In this document: one piece after another, positions 8,160 through 16,912 of the stretch
Layout: every line of letters begins with the position of its first letter
Numbering within the stretch: the stretch's first letter is position 1
Origin: Candidatus Jordarchaeales archaeon
GTDB lineage: Archaea; Asgardarchaeota; Jordiarchaeia; Jordiarchaeales; Freyrarchaeaceae
DNA: 32,000 nucleotides
NCBI GenBank assembly: GCA_038889235.1
Contig: JAWAHN010000001.1
Coordinates: 995,636 to 1,027,635 of the forward strand
Direction: 5' to 3'
Program-made: the position numbers and the translations under genes
The notes under the pieces: model-generated
Databases searched by the model: none
Seen by the model: the letters and a program-made list of their open reading frames with translations, nothing else
Told to the model about the DNA's origin: nothing

Positions 8160-9770
8160 TCAGCAATTACAAACCATGCACTCTTTACAGTGACTGTAAG
8201 GTGGTGTCCACACCTCTTCTTTAGCTCTTTCCCACTCTTTCACTAAAAAACTCTTGTTAACTCCTACATCAATTATCTCCCACGGATACTCTTTATCAGG
8301 ATCTTTTAACTCATGTACGTAATCAATTCTAACTCTACTTTCCTTAAGTGCACGTCTCCAGGCCCCAAGCCCTCCACCGTAAATCGCTGCCAATTCTATC
8401 ACCTGCCCGACCTCTTTTCCCCCTAACGATAAGATCGCTTCAATCAAAGCCCTCCTTGGGTCCTCTCCCTCGATAACTACGCCTCCAATCTTTGCTTGCT
8501 TTCTTACTTTCTCTTTCTTGTTTCTGAGCGTTGGAAGCGTATTCATCGGAGCCCAGGAGAAGGGCGTGTGCGGTTTTGGGACAAATGGATTTAAGTCTAT
8601 TTTTAACTTTCCTCTCATACCTTTTCTAACCATTTTACCAGTAATTTTTGCGATAGCTTCTACGTCTTCATCGCTTTCGTAAGGAAGCCCAATCATAAAA
8701 TACGCTTTCAAATTGAAGCCACGTTCTAGTATCCTTTCAGCAGTGGAGATTACTTCATCGTCTGAAAACGGCTTATTTATCCTTCTTCTCATGCTTTCAG
8801 TTCCTGCTTCGGGAGCTATTGTAATCGTACGTTGCCCTCCCTTCATCAAGGCTTCTAGTAGTTCGTCTGTTATCGTGTCTATGCTCAAAGAAGGTAATGA
8901 TATTTCAAAGCCAGCGTTTACTGCTTCCCAGCAAAGATCAACTATATCTAACCCTGCCATTGAAGACGCTATAAAAGTGATTTTTTGCACGCCGCTTTGC
9001 TTCACCCCTTCATCCATAAGCTTCCTAAGAACTTCCTTACTTCTAGTACGCCTAGGCCTCCCTATGAAACCTATTAAACAAAATCTGCACCCTCTTTCAC
9101 ACCCTCTAGCAACTTCTAAGAGGAAGGTTCTCCCGAAAACGGGGGCGAGCCTCTCCCCTCCAGCCGGAACCACCTGCCTAATTGGATAGAAGACGTTTTC
9201 AATAGATTTACACCACACTCTTCTAACTTTCTCCCCATCATTAAAAGCTGGTGTATAGATCCCCTCTATGTTTGACAGTGCTTCTATGCATGCTTCCCTA
9301 TCTCTCTCTTCAATGCATATGTCCGCCAACTTGTCTGCCAGAATTTCTCCGTCACCAACCACAAAAACGTCGACGAAATCCGACAGCGGCATTGGATTTT
9401 CAGTAGCGCAAACCCCTCCGGCAACGATTAATGGATCATCCTCACTTCTTTCACTTCTCCTAACAGGTATTTTTGAATCGATGAGCATTCTTACCATATT
9501 CACGTAGTCCTCTTCGTATTGAAGAGAAAAACCAATTACGTCGAACTCACTTAACCTTAAACCTGACTCGACGCTCCTAGGCTCTCCCTCAAAAGTATAA
9601 AAGAACCTCTCGCATGCAACATCGTCTCTGGAGTTTAGAAGAGCGTAGATTAAGCGGAAACCCAAAGAGGACATGCCAACAGCATAGGTGCTAGGGTAGC
9701 ATAATGCAAATTTTAAATCTACTTTGCGGTGGTCTTTTCTAACTAAATTGTATTCTTTCATTTTGACCAA
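8160..9770 (-). CDS. Radical SAM protein with N-terminal B12-binding-like domain
   Basis: Radical SAM cysteines in EVARGCERGCRFCLIGF, an upstream PSTYAVGMSSLGFRLIYALLN domain, and C-terminal CKECMVCNC. Confidence 0.85.
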   Translation of the reverse strand: MVKMKEYNLVRKDHRKVDLKFALCYPSTYAVGMSSLGFRLIYALLNSRDDVACERFFYTFEGEPRSVESGLRLSEFDVIGFSLQYEEDYVNMVRMLIDSKIPVRRSERSEDDPLIVAGGVCATENPMPLSDFVDVFVVGDGEILADKLADICIEERDREACIEALSNIEGIYTPAFNDGEKVRRVWCKSIENVFYPIRQVVPAGGERLAPVFGRTFLLEVARGCERGCRFCLIGFIGRPRRTRSKEVLRKLMDEGVKQSGVQKITFIASSMAGLDIVDLCWEAVNAGFEISLPSLSIDTITDELLEALMKGGQRTITIAPEAGTESMRRRINKPFSDDEVISTAERILERGFNLKAYFMIGLPYESDEDVEAIAKITGKMVRKGMRGKLKIDLNPFVPKPHTPFSWAPMNTLPTLRNKKEKVRKQAKIGGVVIEGEDPRRALIEAILSLGGKEVGQVIELAAIYGGGLGAWRRALKESRVRIDYVHELKDPDKEYPWEIIDVGVNKSFLVKEWERAKEEVWTPPYSHCKECMVCNC

Positions 9771-9920
9771 AAACCACCCTTACACTGGCAAAACTTTAGC
9801 AAAGTACTGAGAAATATTCCACAGTTAAGATTACATCGCATCAGTAAGTTTAAGAACTTTCCTTTCAACACATTCTTTTACAAAACAAACGTAAAAAAGT
9901 AGTAAAGAAAAAGAGTTTTT

Positions 9921-11105
9921 CTAGAAGCATCTGTGAATTACTCCTACGCCTCCCTCTTGATACTCTTTCTTTGTAACCCACATCTTCTGGAACGTCCTTA
10001 ACGAAGCTAATATTGATCCTCCGATCCAGACACTATATTGTCTCTCGGGCGGCGCAATTATCTTTATTTCAACATTTTCTGGAACTAGCTCTGATATCTC
10101 TTTGTGCAATCTTTCCTTTAAACCTGGAAACATTGTTGAGCCGCCTGAAAGGACTATGTTAGCGTATAACTCTCTTCTCAAGTCGATGTCGCACTTCTTA
10201 ATAGTCTCGACTATTGCTTCATCTAGCGGCGGTGCATCTAATCCGATAACTCCCGGGTTGAAGAAGACTTCTGGTGCTAGGAATCTCTCGGCACCAATAG
10301 TAATAGTTTCGCCATCAGGTAGTACGTATGTTTTTTCTATGCCTGAAACTTTCTCTGCAAGTTTGAGCTCCTTTTCAGGGTCCAATGCCACATAGCAGAG
10401 CTTTTCCTTAATGTCCCTGACTATTTCTCTTTCAGCTGTTGAAACGAAGCTGTAACCGCGTTGTCTTAGGAGCCTTCGCAAGTACTCAGTTATATCCCTC
10501 CCTGCAAGATCTATCCTGGTAATGGCGTGTGTTAACGCGAAACCTTCATAGATTGGAACTATGTGTGTTACTCCATCTCCCGAGTCTACCACTAGACCCG
10601 TTGTCCTTCCAGACGCATAGAGCGAGAGAACAGCTTGCATTGCAACATATATAGCCGGTGTATTAAATGTTTCAAACATTATTTCAGCCATTTTTTCCCT
10701 GTTTTCACGCGGGTTCAGCGGCGGCTCCGTTAGTAATACAGGGTGCTCTGAAGGGTCGACTCTCAAGTCGTTGAAGAACGTGTAGTGCCAGATTTTTTCC
10801 ATAGCATCCCAATCTGTAACTACACCATGCTCTATTGGGTAAACTAACCTGAGTACTCCTCGCAGGTTAAGTGCCTCCTCTCCAATGTAATATTCTCTCG
10901 TGTAGTGTTCTACGTCCGTCATTATTGACGCATACTTCGGATATCCTATACAAGTTGGCCATACGGAACGAGGCTGATCCTCCCCTGCAAACCCATTCTT
11001 AGTTAACCCTGTTCCATTGTCTATTACTATAGGTTTCGCAGCAATCATTTCTTCTTCGCGTGCCATTTTCTCATATCTCCTAACATTTTTTAAAGGTCTC
11101 TTCAT
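9921..11105 (-). CDS. Actin-family protein closely resembling eukaryotic actin/lokiactin; true start may be the internal MAREEEM
   Basis: [142 protein letters not shown], and C-terminal HRCF. Confidence 0.97.
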   Translation of the reverse strand: MKRPLKNVRRYEKMAREEEMIAAKPIVIDNGTGLTKNGFAGEDQPRSVWPTCIGYPKYASIMTDVEHYTREYYIGEEALNLRGVLRLVYPIEHGVVTDWDAMEKIWHYTFFNDLRVDPSEHPVLLTEPPLNPRENREKMAEIMFETFNTPAIYVAMQAVLSLYASGRTTGLVVDSGDGVTHIVPIYEGFALTHAITRIDLAGRDITEYLRRLLRQRGYSFVSTAEREIVRDIKEKLCYVALDPEKELKLAEKVSGIEKTYVLPDGETITIGAERFLAPEVFFNPGVIGLDAPPLDEAIVETIKKCDIDLRRELYANIVLSGGSTMFPGLKERLHKEISELVPENVEIKIIAPPERQYSVWIGGSILASLRTFQKMWVTKKEYQEGGVGVIHRCF

Positions 11106-11312
11106 TCTTCCCCATTTTTCGAAAGAAATTATTGCCTTATGTTCTATTTTAATTTTTTGAATGTCATTTTTGTCAACAATATAGTTGATAACTACACAAT
11201 TTTTTCTCTTTTAATGGCGATCTTCTCAAATACGAGATGTTTAGCATGCGTGGTGCTTATATACGCTTCTGGAGCTTCAGCAGTAAAGGATGTACGAGGA
11301 GGTTTTTAAAAT

Positions 11313-11492
11313 TTGGAGTTAGTTAGAGACGAAAAAGGATCTCCCATGGTGGAAGAGGCCATCCTCATCGGTCTGTCAGTTTTGGGGTTAGCTATAATGC
11401 TAAATATAATGTTCGGCGTCTTTAATTGGTCAGGAAATTTACTAACGAACTTAATCAATTATCTAAACCACCTATTTGGCAGCATCTTCTAA
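11313..11492 (+). CDS. Predicted 59-aa single-pass membrane microprotein (TTG start; alternative ATG at 11346)
   Basis: gaggagg lies upstream of TTG. Translation MELVRDEKGSPMVEEAILIGLSVLGLAIMLNIMFGVFNWSGNLLTNLINYLNHLFGSIF has one strong hydrophobic helix and an amphipathic tail. Confidence 0.5.
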   Translation: MELVRDEKGSPMVEEAILIGLSVLGLAIMLNIMFGVFNWSGNLLTNLINYLNHLFGSIF

Positions 11493-11618
11493 TTCCATAA
11501 ACTTAACTTTTCAGGAAAAGGCAAAGCAAAAATAAAATATTGTCTTTTTCCTTTATTCCATTCTTAGTTTTAGTTTTGCGCATAGGTCATACATCAAAGT
11601 AGTTAAGAAGGTGGGCAT

Positions 11619-12029
11619 TTGGTTGACTCGCTCTGGAAAGGCCGATTTAACAGGTGCTGGCTTGTGGGTATGTTCGTCCAACAAACTTTACTTTCTATCG
11701 AGGGAGTAAAGATCCCGTCTGTCGAGGAAATACTGCATTCCAATCCCGAGATGACGGTGGCAGACGCGATAAACATGCGAAGAGAGTTGTATGGTGTTAA
11801 AGTTGACTGGGAGAAGCGCAGACTTATTGTGCACTTCAAGGGAAAATATTATGATGTCACCGATCTTCTCATAGACATAGTAAACGAAAACAGTTACGGA
11901 GAAAGAGTTGACGAATTAGGGATGGATACCTGCGGCTTCGATTTTTGTAGTGCCGTGAAAGAAGCACAAAAGAAGATAATTCTTAAGATAGTAACCGGCG
12001 AAATGACGCCCACTTATGAAGTAATTTGA
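11619..12029 (+). CDS. Hypothetical protein, 136 aa; N-terminus uncertain
   Basis: Long ORF with TTG start and upstream aaggtgg; no recognised family. Confidence 0.5.
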   Translation: MVDSLWKGRFNRCWLVGMFVQQTLLSIEGVKIPSVEEILHSNPEMTVADAINMRRELYGVKVDWEKRRLIVHFKGKYYDVTDLLIDIVNENSYGERVDELGMDTCGFDFCSAVKEAQKKIILKIVTGEMTPTYEVI

Positions 12030-12043
12030 GTACAAGCGAGTAG

Positions 12044-12835
12044 TTAAATTTTCCCATTTTTCTCCTTTCTTTGCCATTCTTCGATGCCTAGAGCTATTCT
12101 CCCCACTATCGTCGGGTCTTTCATGGCTGCTCGTGCAATAGAAACAGCGTCAGCACCTGCCTTTATCATTTCAATAGCACTCTCAACGTCCCTAATCGAA
12201 TTATTACCTATTAAAAAAACATTAACGCTTTTGGAAATCTTTCTAATTAAATCTAGGTCTCCACAATTCACTCCCTCCTTCATCGCGTCTACATGTATCG
12301 CGTCGACCCCTGCTTTTTCAGCAATTCTGGCAACATTCAAGTCGTCCACCACATTCCCTCTCCACTTAAGTATAACTTTTATATCGAAAGAGTCTTTTAG
12401 ACGTGTTATCCACTCAGAAAGCTCATCTAGCCTTTTCAAAAGAGCCTGTCCTGCACCTACTGCCATAATTTCAGGCTGGCGGCAATGTGCATCTATTTCC
12501 AACGCTACCGCGCCACTCTTTGACACCACTTCTCCTGCAAACATAATTCCCTCTAAACTTGTTGCACGTGCATTTACAGCGACAGGCGCCCCTCCCTCCA
12601 GCGCTCTTCTAACCTCCTTTATAAGAAAATCCTCAATCTCTTCTACTTCAACTTCGAACTCTGTTCGCCCCCTAAGCTTCACGGCCTTGCCAGCCATAAC
12701 CGTTTCTCGGTCAAAGTTCAAACCTCCTAGAGTTACCATTCCCGCCCCCGCTTTCGCGGCACGGAAACAAAATTCTCCGTCACATATTCCAGCCATCGCG
12801 GCAAGTATCGCCTTACGTTTCAGGACGTCTCTCAT
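12044..12835 (-). CDS. Predicted TIM-barrel protein, dihydroorotate dehydrogenase/dihydrouridine synthase-like
   Basis: Repeated barrel features such as VILKWRGNVVDDLNVARIAEKAGVDAIHVDAM and FLIGNNSIRDVESAIEMIKAGADAVSIARAAM; overlaps cofD by 4 nt. Confidence 0.65.
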   Translation of the reverse strand: MRDVLKRKAILAAMAGICDGEFCFRAAKAGAGMVTLGGLNFDRETVMAGKAVKLRGRTEFEVEVEEIEDFLIKEVRRALEGGAPVAVNARATSLEGIMFAGEVVSKSGAVALEIDAHCRQPEIMAVGAGQALLKRLDELSEWITRLKDSFDIKVILKWRGNVVDDLNVARIAEKAGVDAIHVDAMKEGVNCGDLDLIRKISKSVNVFLIGNNSIRDVESAIEMIKAGADAVSIARAAMKDPTIVGRIALGIEEWQRKEKNGKI

Positions 12836-13767
12836 TTTCCCCTCACCAAGCTCATTATTTCAGAGGCTAAACGTTGCATATCTCTTTCATCATTCATTAA
12901 CGTATCCGTGACGTATGGAATAACACCAATAGATCTTACTTTATCCACCAGCGAACTGTCAACTCTGTCGAAGACCAAGATTTCGGCCACATCTTTGTAA
13001 AATTGTGCCACACCAAGTGGGGAAACTTCAACACCTAGGCTTCGCATAAGCTTTGCCGCCGGCCCGCTTACAGCTTTCCCTCCCACTATAGGGCTAACTG
13101 CAATCTTCCTGCAGCGTACTCTCCTGATAGTTTCTCTAATTTCCTTGATAGAAAGTATTGGTGCTATACTTGTAACCGGGTTACTTGGTCCTATGATAAC
13201 TGCTTCCGCTCCTTTTAGTACATCAATAACCTCGCGAGGGGGCCTGGCTTTTTCCGCCCCTCTATATTCTACACCAAAAACCTCAGGTTGTCCCTTATAC
13301 TTAACCCAAAATTCTTGCAAGGAAAGGACGCCAAGGTTAGTGTTTATGTATGTTTGTACCTTGTCATTTGTCATAGGGAGAATTCTTACTCTGACATCAA
13401 GCTTGTCGCACATGATTTTTACTACTTCGGAAAGCTGAAGGCCGCATCTGAGAAGATGTGTCCTCCATATGTGCGTTGCCAAATCGCGATCTCCCAAAGC
13501 GAACCAGGTGGGTAAACCATATCTATGCATCATTTCGAGGCAATTGAAAGTGTCCCCCTTAATCCCCCAAAATTTTTCTTCGTCAAGAATACCCGCAACG
13601 AGGTAGACTGCGCTATCTAAATCCGGACTTATGTATAGACCATGAAGTTCAATATCGTCGCCAGTGTTCACTATGACTGAAATGTCTTCTTGCGGAAGAA
13701 CTTTAAGAAACCCTTTAAGCAGTTTTAGCCCACCAGTGCCTCCTGTTAATAATGCAATCAACGTCAC
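12832..13767 (-). CDS. cofD: 2-phospho-L-lactate transferase (F420 biosynthesis)
   Basis: LLTGGTGGLKLLKGF, VNTGDDIELHGLYISPDLDSAVYLVAG, and VSPIVGGKAVSGPAAKLMRSLG; adjacent to cofE. Confidence 0.92.
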   Translation of the reverse strand: MTLIALLTGGTGGLKLLKGFLKVLPQEDISVIVNTGDDIELHGLYISPDLDSAVYLVAGILDEEKFWGIKGDTFNCLEMMHRYGLPTWFALGDRDLATHIWRTHLLRCGLQLSEVVKIMCDKLDVRVRILPMTNDKVQTYINTNLGVLSLQEFWVKYKGQPEVFGVEYRGAEKARPPREVIDVLKGAEAVIIGPSNPVTSIAPILSIKEIRETIRRVRCRKIAVSPIVGGKAVSGPAAKLMRSLGVEVSPLGVAQFYKDVAEILVFDRVDSSLVDKVRSIGVIPYVTDTLMNDERDMQRLASEIMSLVRGK

Positions 13768-13768
13768 G

Positions 13769-14527
13769 TCACCTGAAAAGGTCTCTTTCAGGCGGCATTA
13801 AAAGTTCTTTGTAACTTCCGTCACCTTTAATGTACTTGTATCCTCTTATTATTACTACGGGAATTCCTTCATCGGCTTGCCCCATGATTAGCTCGGCTGC
13901 TGAAGCTAACTCGTCCGCCACGGCGACTATTGTCGAACGCAAGACGTACCCATACAAATCCTTGTCTCCGCGCCTGTCCCAAAGCGGCTTAAGTCCCGCT
14001 ACTCCTATAGCTACGTTTACCACTCCCTCCCTGAAGGGTCTTCCAAACGTATCAGAGATTATAACAGCAACATCTGCCCCCGTGAGGTTGAAAATGCCCT
14101 CTCTAATGCGTCTTGCCGACTCGTCTGGGTCCAAAGGGAGAAGCGTGACTTTCCCCCCTCCGGATACATTTGACTCGTCTACCCCCGAATTCGCGCAAAC
14201 GAATCCGTGAAATGTTTCCGTAATAATTATGTGTCGCATCCTAACAACTTTTTTTGCCTCTCTCAGGATAACTTCAACCATTTGGGGGGACTTGCCGATT
14301 TGTTTGCTTACATTGATAGCGAAAGGTGAGGGTGTAACCTTCGACAAGTCTACAACTCGTCCCTCAGCCTTAGAAACTATCGATTGCGCCACAACGATGA
14401 CATCATTATCGAGTATTTTAACACCTTGCTTTTCCGCTGCTTCAACGATCAGCTTCGCTACGTCATCTCCTTCCTTCACAAGCGGTATACCTTTAATTCC
14501 TATTAATTCTATTTTAATTTGTACCAC
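13769..14527 (-). CDS. cofE: Coenzyme F420:L-glutamate ligase
   Basis: ELIGIKGIPLVKEGDDVAKLI, DVIVVAQSIVSKAEGRVV, GFVCANSGVDESN, and ISDTFGRPFREGVVNVAIG. Confidence 0.93.
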   Translation of the reverse strand: MVQIKIELIGIKGIPLVKEGDDVAKLIVEAAEKQGVKILDNDVIVVAQSIVSKAEGRVVDLSKVTPSPFAINVSKQIGKSPQMVEVILREAKKVVRMRHIIITETFHGFVCANSGVDESNVSGGGKVTLLPLDPDESARRIREGIFNLTGADVAVIISDTFGRPFREGVVNVAIGVAGLKPLWDRRGDKDLYGYVLRSTIVAVADELASAAELIMGQADEGIPVVIIRGYKYIKGDGSYKELLMPPERDLFR

Positions 14528-14610
14528 CCTCTTAAGCGCCTCTTCTGCTCTTAGATAGCATCACGTTTATCTTAATTCTTTTGAATTAGAGGAAGCGTGG
14601 AGGTCGTGCG

Positions 14611-15285
14611 ATGAACAATACATACTTGGTTATTCCTTTTAAAGGACTGGAAACTGCAAAATCGAGATTATCTCCCTTCCTTCCTCCTGATGCACGACAA
14701 AAACTAAGTCTTGCTATGTTACTTGACGTAATAACTGCCGCAAAGAAGTCTAAAATGTTCAAGAAAATTCTTATTGTGACAACAGACAGAAAATTTAAAG
14801 TTTCCTATAAAGGAGTCACCCTCATATTCGAGTCTCCTCCATATGATCTAAACAAAGCAGTTCAACTCGGAGTCGACTTTTGTTCTAAGCATGGCGCAAA
14901 AGCCGCTCTCATCCTACCCGCAGATTTACCACTTATAACGCCAAGCGATATAAAAAACATAATTAAGATGGGGGAGCCAGATGAGAAAGTTGTTGTTATT
15001 TCTCCGTCAGAGTCAAATGGGACTAACGCACTCTTCATGAAACCTCCCGGGATCATTCCCCCTTACTTTGGGGAGGACAGCTTCAACAAGCATATTTCTG
15101 CATCCAGAGAGCGAGGTGTATCAGTCAAAGTATATACCTCCCCGACAATTAAGACTGACATAGATTACATCAACACACTTTTAATAAACGCCCTTAATTT
15201 AGGTAAGAACACGAAGAAAGTAATTGATGTAATAAAAAACCATCTGAAAGTGGAAGGTAAAACCCTTCAACCATCCGCAATATAA
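14611..15285 (+). CDS. cofC: 2-phospho-L-lactate guanylyltransferase (F420 biosynthesis)
   Basis: VIPFKGLETAKSRLSPFLPPDARQKLSLAMLLDVITAA, LILPADLPLI, and SPSESNGTNALFMKPPGIIPPYFGEDSFNKH. Confidence 0.9.
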   Translation: MNNTYLVIPFKGLETAKSRLSPFLPPDARQKLSLAMLLDVITAAKKSKMFKKILIVTTDRKFKVSYKGVTLIFESPPYDLNKAVQLGVDFCSKHGAKAALILPADLPLITPSDIKNIIKMGEPDEKVVVISPSESNGTNALFMKPPGIIPPYFGEDSFNKHISASRERGVSVKVYTSPTIKTDIDYINTLLINALNLGKNTKKVIDVIKNHLKVEGKTLQPSAI

Positions 15286-15323
15286 AACCCGCTACTCTTC
15301 GCCACAAAGACTATTAATGGTTG

Positions 15324-15749
15324 TTACTCTGCAAAAACCTCTTTGATCTCCTTCACCGCATCTTCTATTATTCGTTCATACCTTCTCTCTTTATGTAGAA
15401 GGACCGATGCTGCATCAGCAATCCTCCGTTTAGCTGAAATCGGTAGTATAGCTGCCAGTATAAACCTTTTATTTGAGACCTCTATACTTTTGAATACAAT
15501 AATCCCATCGCTTGTTTCTATAGTTACTTGTTCTAGGTCTCCAAGTCCTATCTGATCTTTAACTCTAATGGCAGTCGCGTGAGCTAGACCAGCCATCGCG
15601 GCGATTACCTGTTTACTTTCAGGACCGCTCGCCTCAGCAACCACTAGTCCATCCTCCCTAGAAATGACACTCGCTGAAAAACCCCCCTTTTTGTTCATGT
15701 CCTCTAAAATTTTTGTTAATGTCGAAAGCTTATCTTTAGACATCAACAC
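15324..15749 (-). CDS. Roadblock/LC7 domain protein
   Basis: Roadblock fold pattern: LTKILEDM...GFSASVISREDGLVVAEASG...VIAAMAGLAHATAIRV...VTIETSDGIIVFKSI...FILAAILP. Confidence 0.75.
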   Translation of the reverse strand: MLMSKDKLSTLTKILEDMNKKGGFSASVISREDGLVVAEASGPESKQVIAAMAGLAHATAIRVKDQIGLGDLEQVTIETSDGIIVFKSIEVSNKRFILAAILPISAKRRIADAASVLLHKERRYERIIEDAVKEIKEVFAE

Positions 15750-15867
15750 CCACCCTTTTTGTAGGAGTCTTCTTTTAGTGCAATAATTTCTGTCCTCCCA
15801 AACATTTAAATCTAGTCTTTTTACCCTCCTTTTTCAAAGAACATTAAGTGCCTAACGGTGAAGAGTT

Positions 15868-16842
15868 TTGAAACTAAACTTTGTTATTCCTAAGGGCTCC
15901 CTTCAGGAAGCCACGCTGGCTTTGCTTAGACAGGCTGGATACGAGATAAAGGGAAGTGATAGGTCCTATAGGCCTTGGATAAACGACCCAGAAATAAACC
16001 TCAAAGTTCTCAGACCGCAAGAAATACCTACCTTCGTGGAATCAGGGGCTCATGACTTAGGAATCACCGGGATGGACTGGGTAGAAGAAACTTCAGCAGA
16101 CGTCGTAATATTGTCAAACCTAGCTTATGGTAAAGTAAAAATAGTTTTAGCTGTTCCAAACTACTGGACTCATATAAATTCCCTTTCAGATTTAATACGT
16201 ACCTTCGCTGAAAATGGAAAGCCTATACGTATAGCAACAGAATATATAAATATCACAGCTCGGTACGTATCATCAAACCCCGAATATAAATCACGTTTCG
16301 GCTCGCTAACCCCTGAGGTCATAACCCCCTGGTACAGATATGGAGAAAACCCTAACGTAAAAATACTGCTTTCCTTTGGCGCTACAGAGGCTAAGCCGCC
16401 TGAGGATGCGGAAGCAATAGTCGATAATACCGAAACCGGGACCACTATTCTCTCTAACAACCTTAAGATAATCGAAGAAATATGTGAATCTCAAGCGGTT
16501 CTCATATCTAACAGAGATGCTTTAAGCCACCCTTGGAAAAGAGAAAAGATAAAAGATGTAATGACTCTTCTCGAGGGTGCGGTTGACGCGAGAGAACGCT
16601 TGCACATATTTATGAATGTGAAGGAAGAAAACTTACAAGCGCTTTTGAAAATACTCCCCGCACTCAAAAAGCCGACAATATCTCCACTTGCTGGGGAAGA
16701 AGGATGGTACGCCATTAATACCGTTATTCGCAAAGATGAGTTTCTGAGAATAATACCGTACCTCAGGCAATTAGCGCAAGGACTAGTGGTTTACGAGCCG
16801 CGGCAAGTCCTCCCACTCGAAAAAATACAGAACAAGTTCTAA
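15868..16842 (+). CDS. hisG: ATP phosphoribosyltransferase
   Basis: FVIPKGSLQEATLALLRQAGYEI, LRPQEIPTFVESGAHDLGITGMDWVEE, and VDNTETGTTILSNNLKII. Confidence 0.92.
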   Translation: MKLNFVIPKGSLQEATLALLRQAGYEIKGSDRSYRPWINDPEINLKVLRPQEIPTFVESGAHDLGITGMDWVEETSADVVILSNLAYGKVKIVLAVPNYWTHINSLSDLIRTFAENGKPIRIATEYINITARYVSSNPEYKSRFGSLTPEVITPWYRYGENPNVKILLSFGATEAKPPEDAEAIVDNTETGTTILSNNLKIIEEICESQAVLISNRDALSHPWKREKIKDVMTLLEGAVDARERLHIFMNVKEENLQALLKILPALKKPTISPLAGEEGWYAINTVIRKDEFLRIIPYLRQLAQGLVVYEPRQVLPLEKIQNKF

Positions 16843-16912
16843 ATGTCTTTCAGGAAAAGTTTAAATTCCCTCTATCCAGCTAGTATTAGGGATTTCTTCT
16901 ACTACTTTTGAG

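Noticed and set aside
11541-11700. Possible further intron or alternative start upstream of the 136-aa hypothetical gene
   Set aside because: I could not identify a BHB fold, and with no recognised family there is no expected N-terminus to restore.
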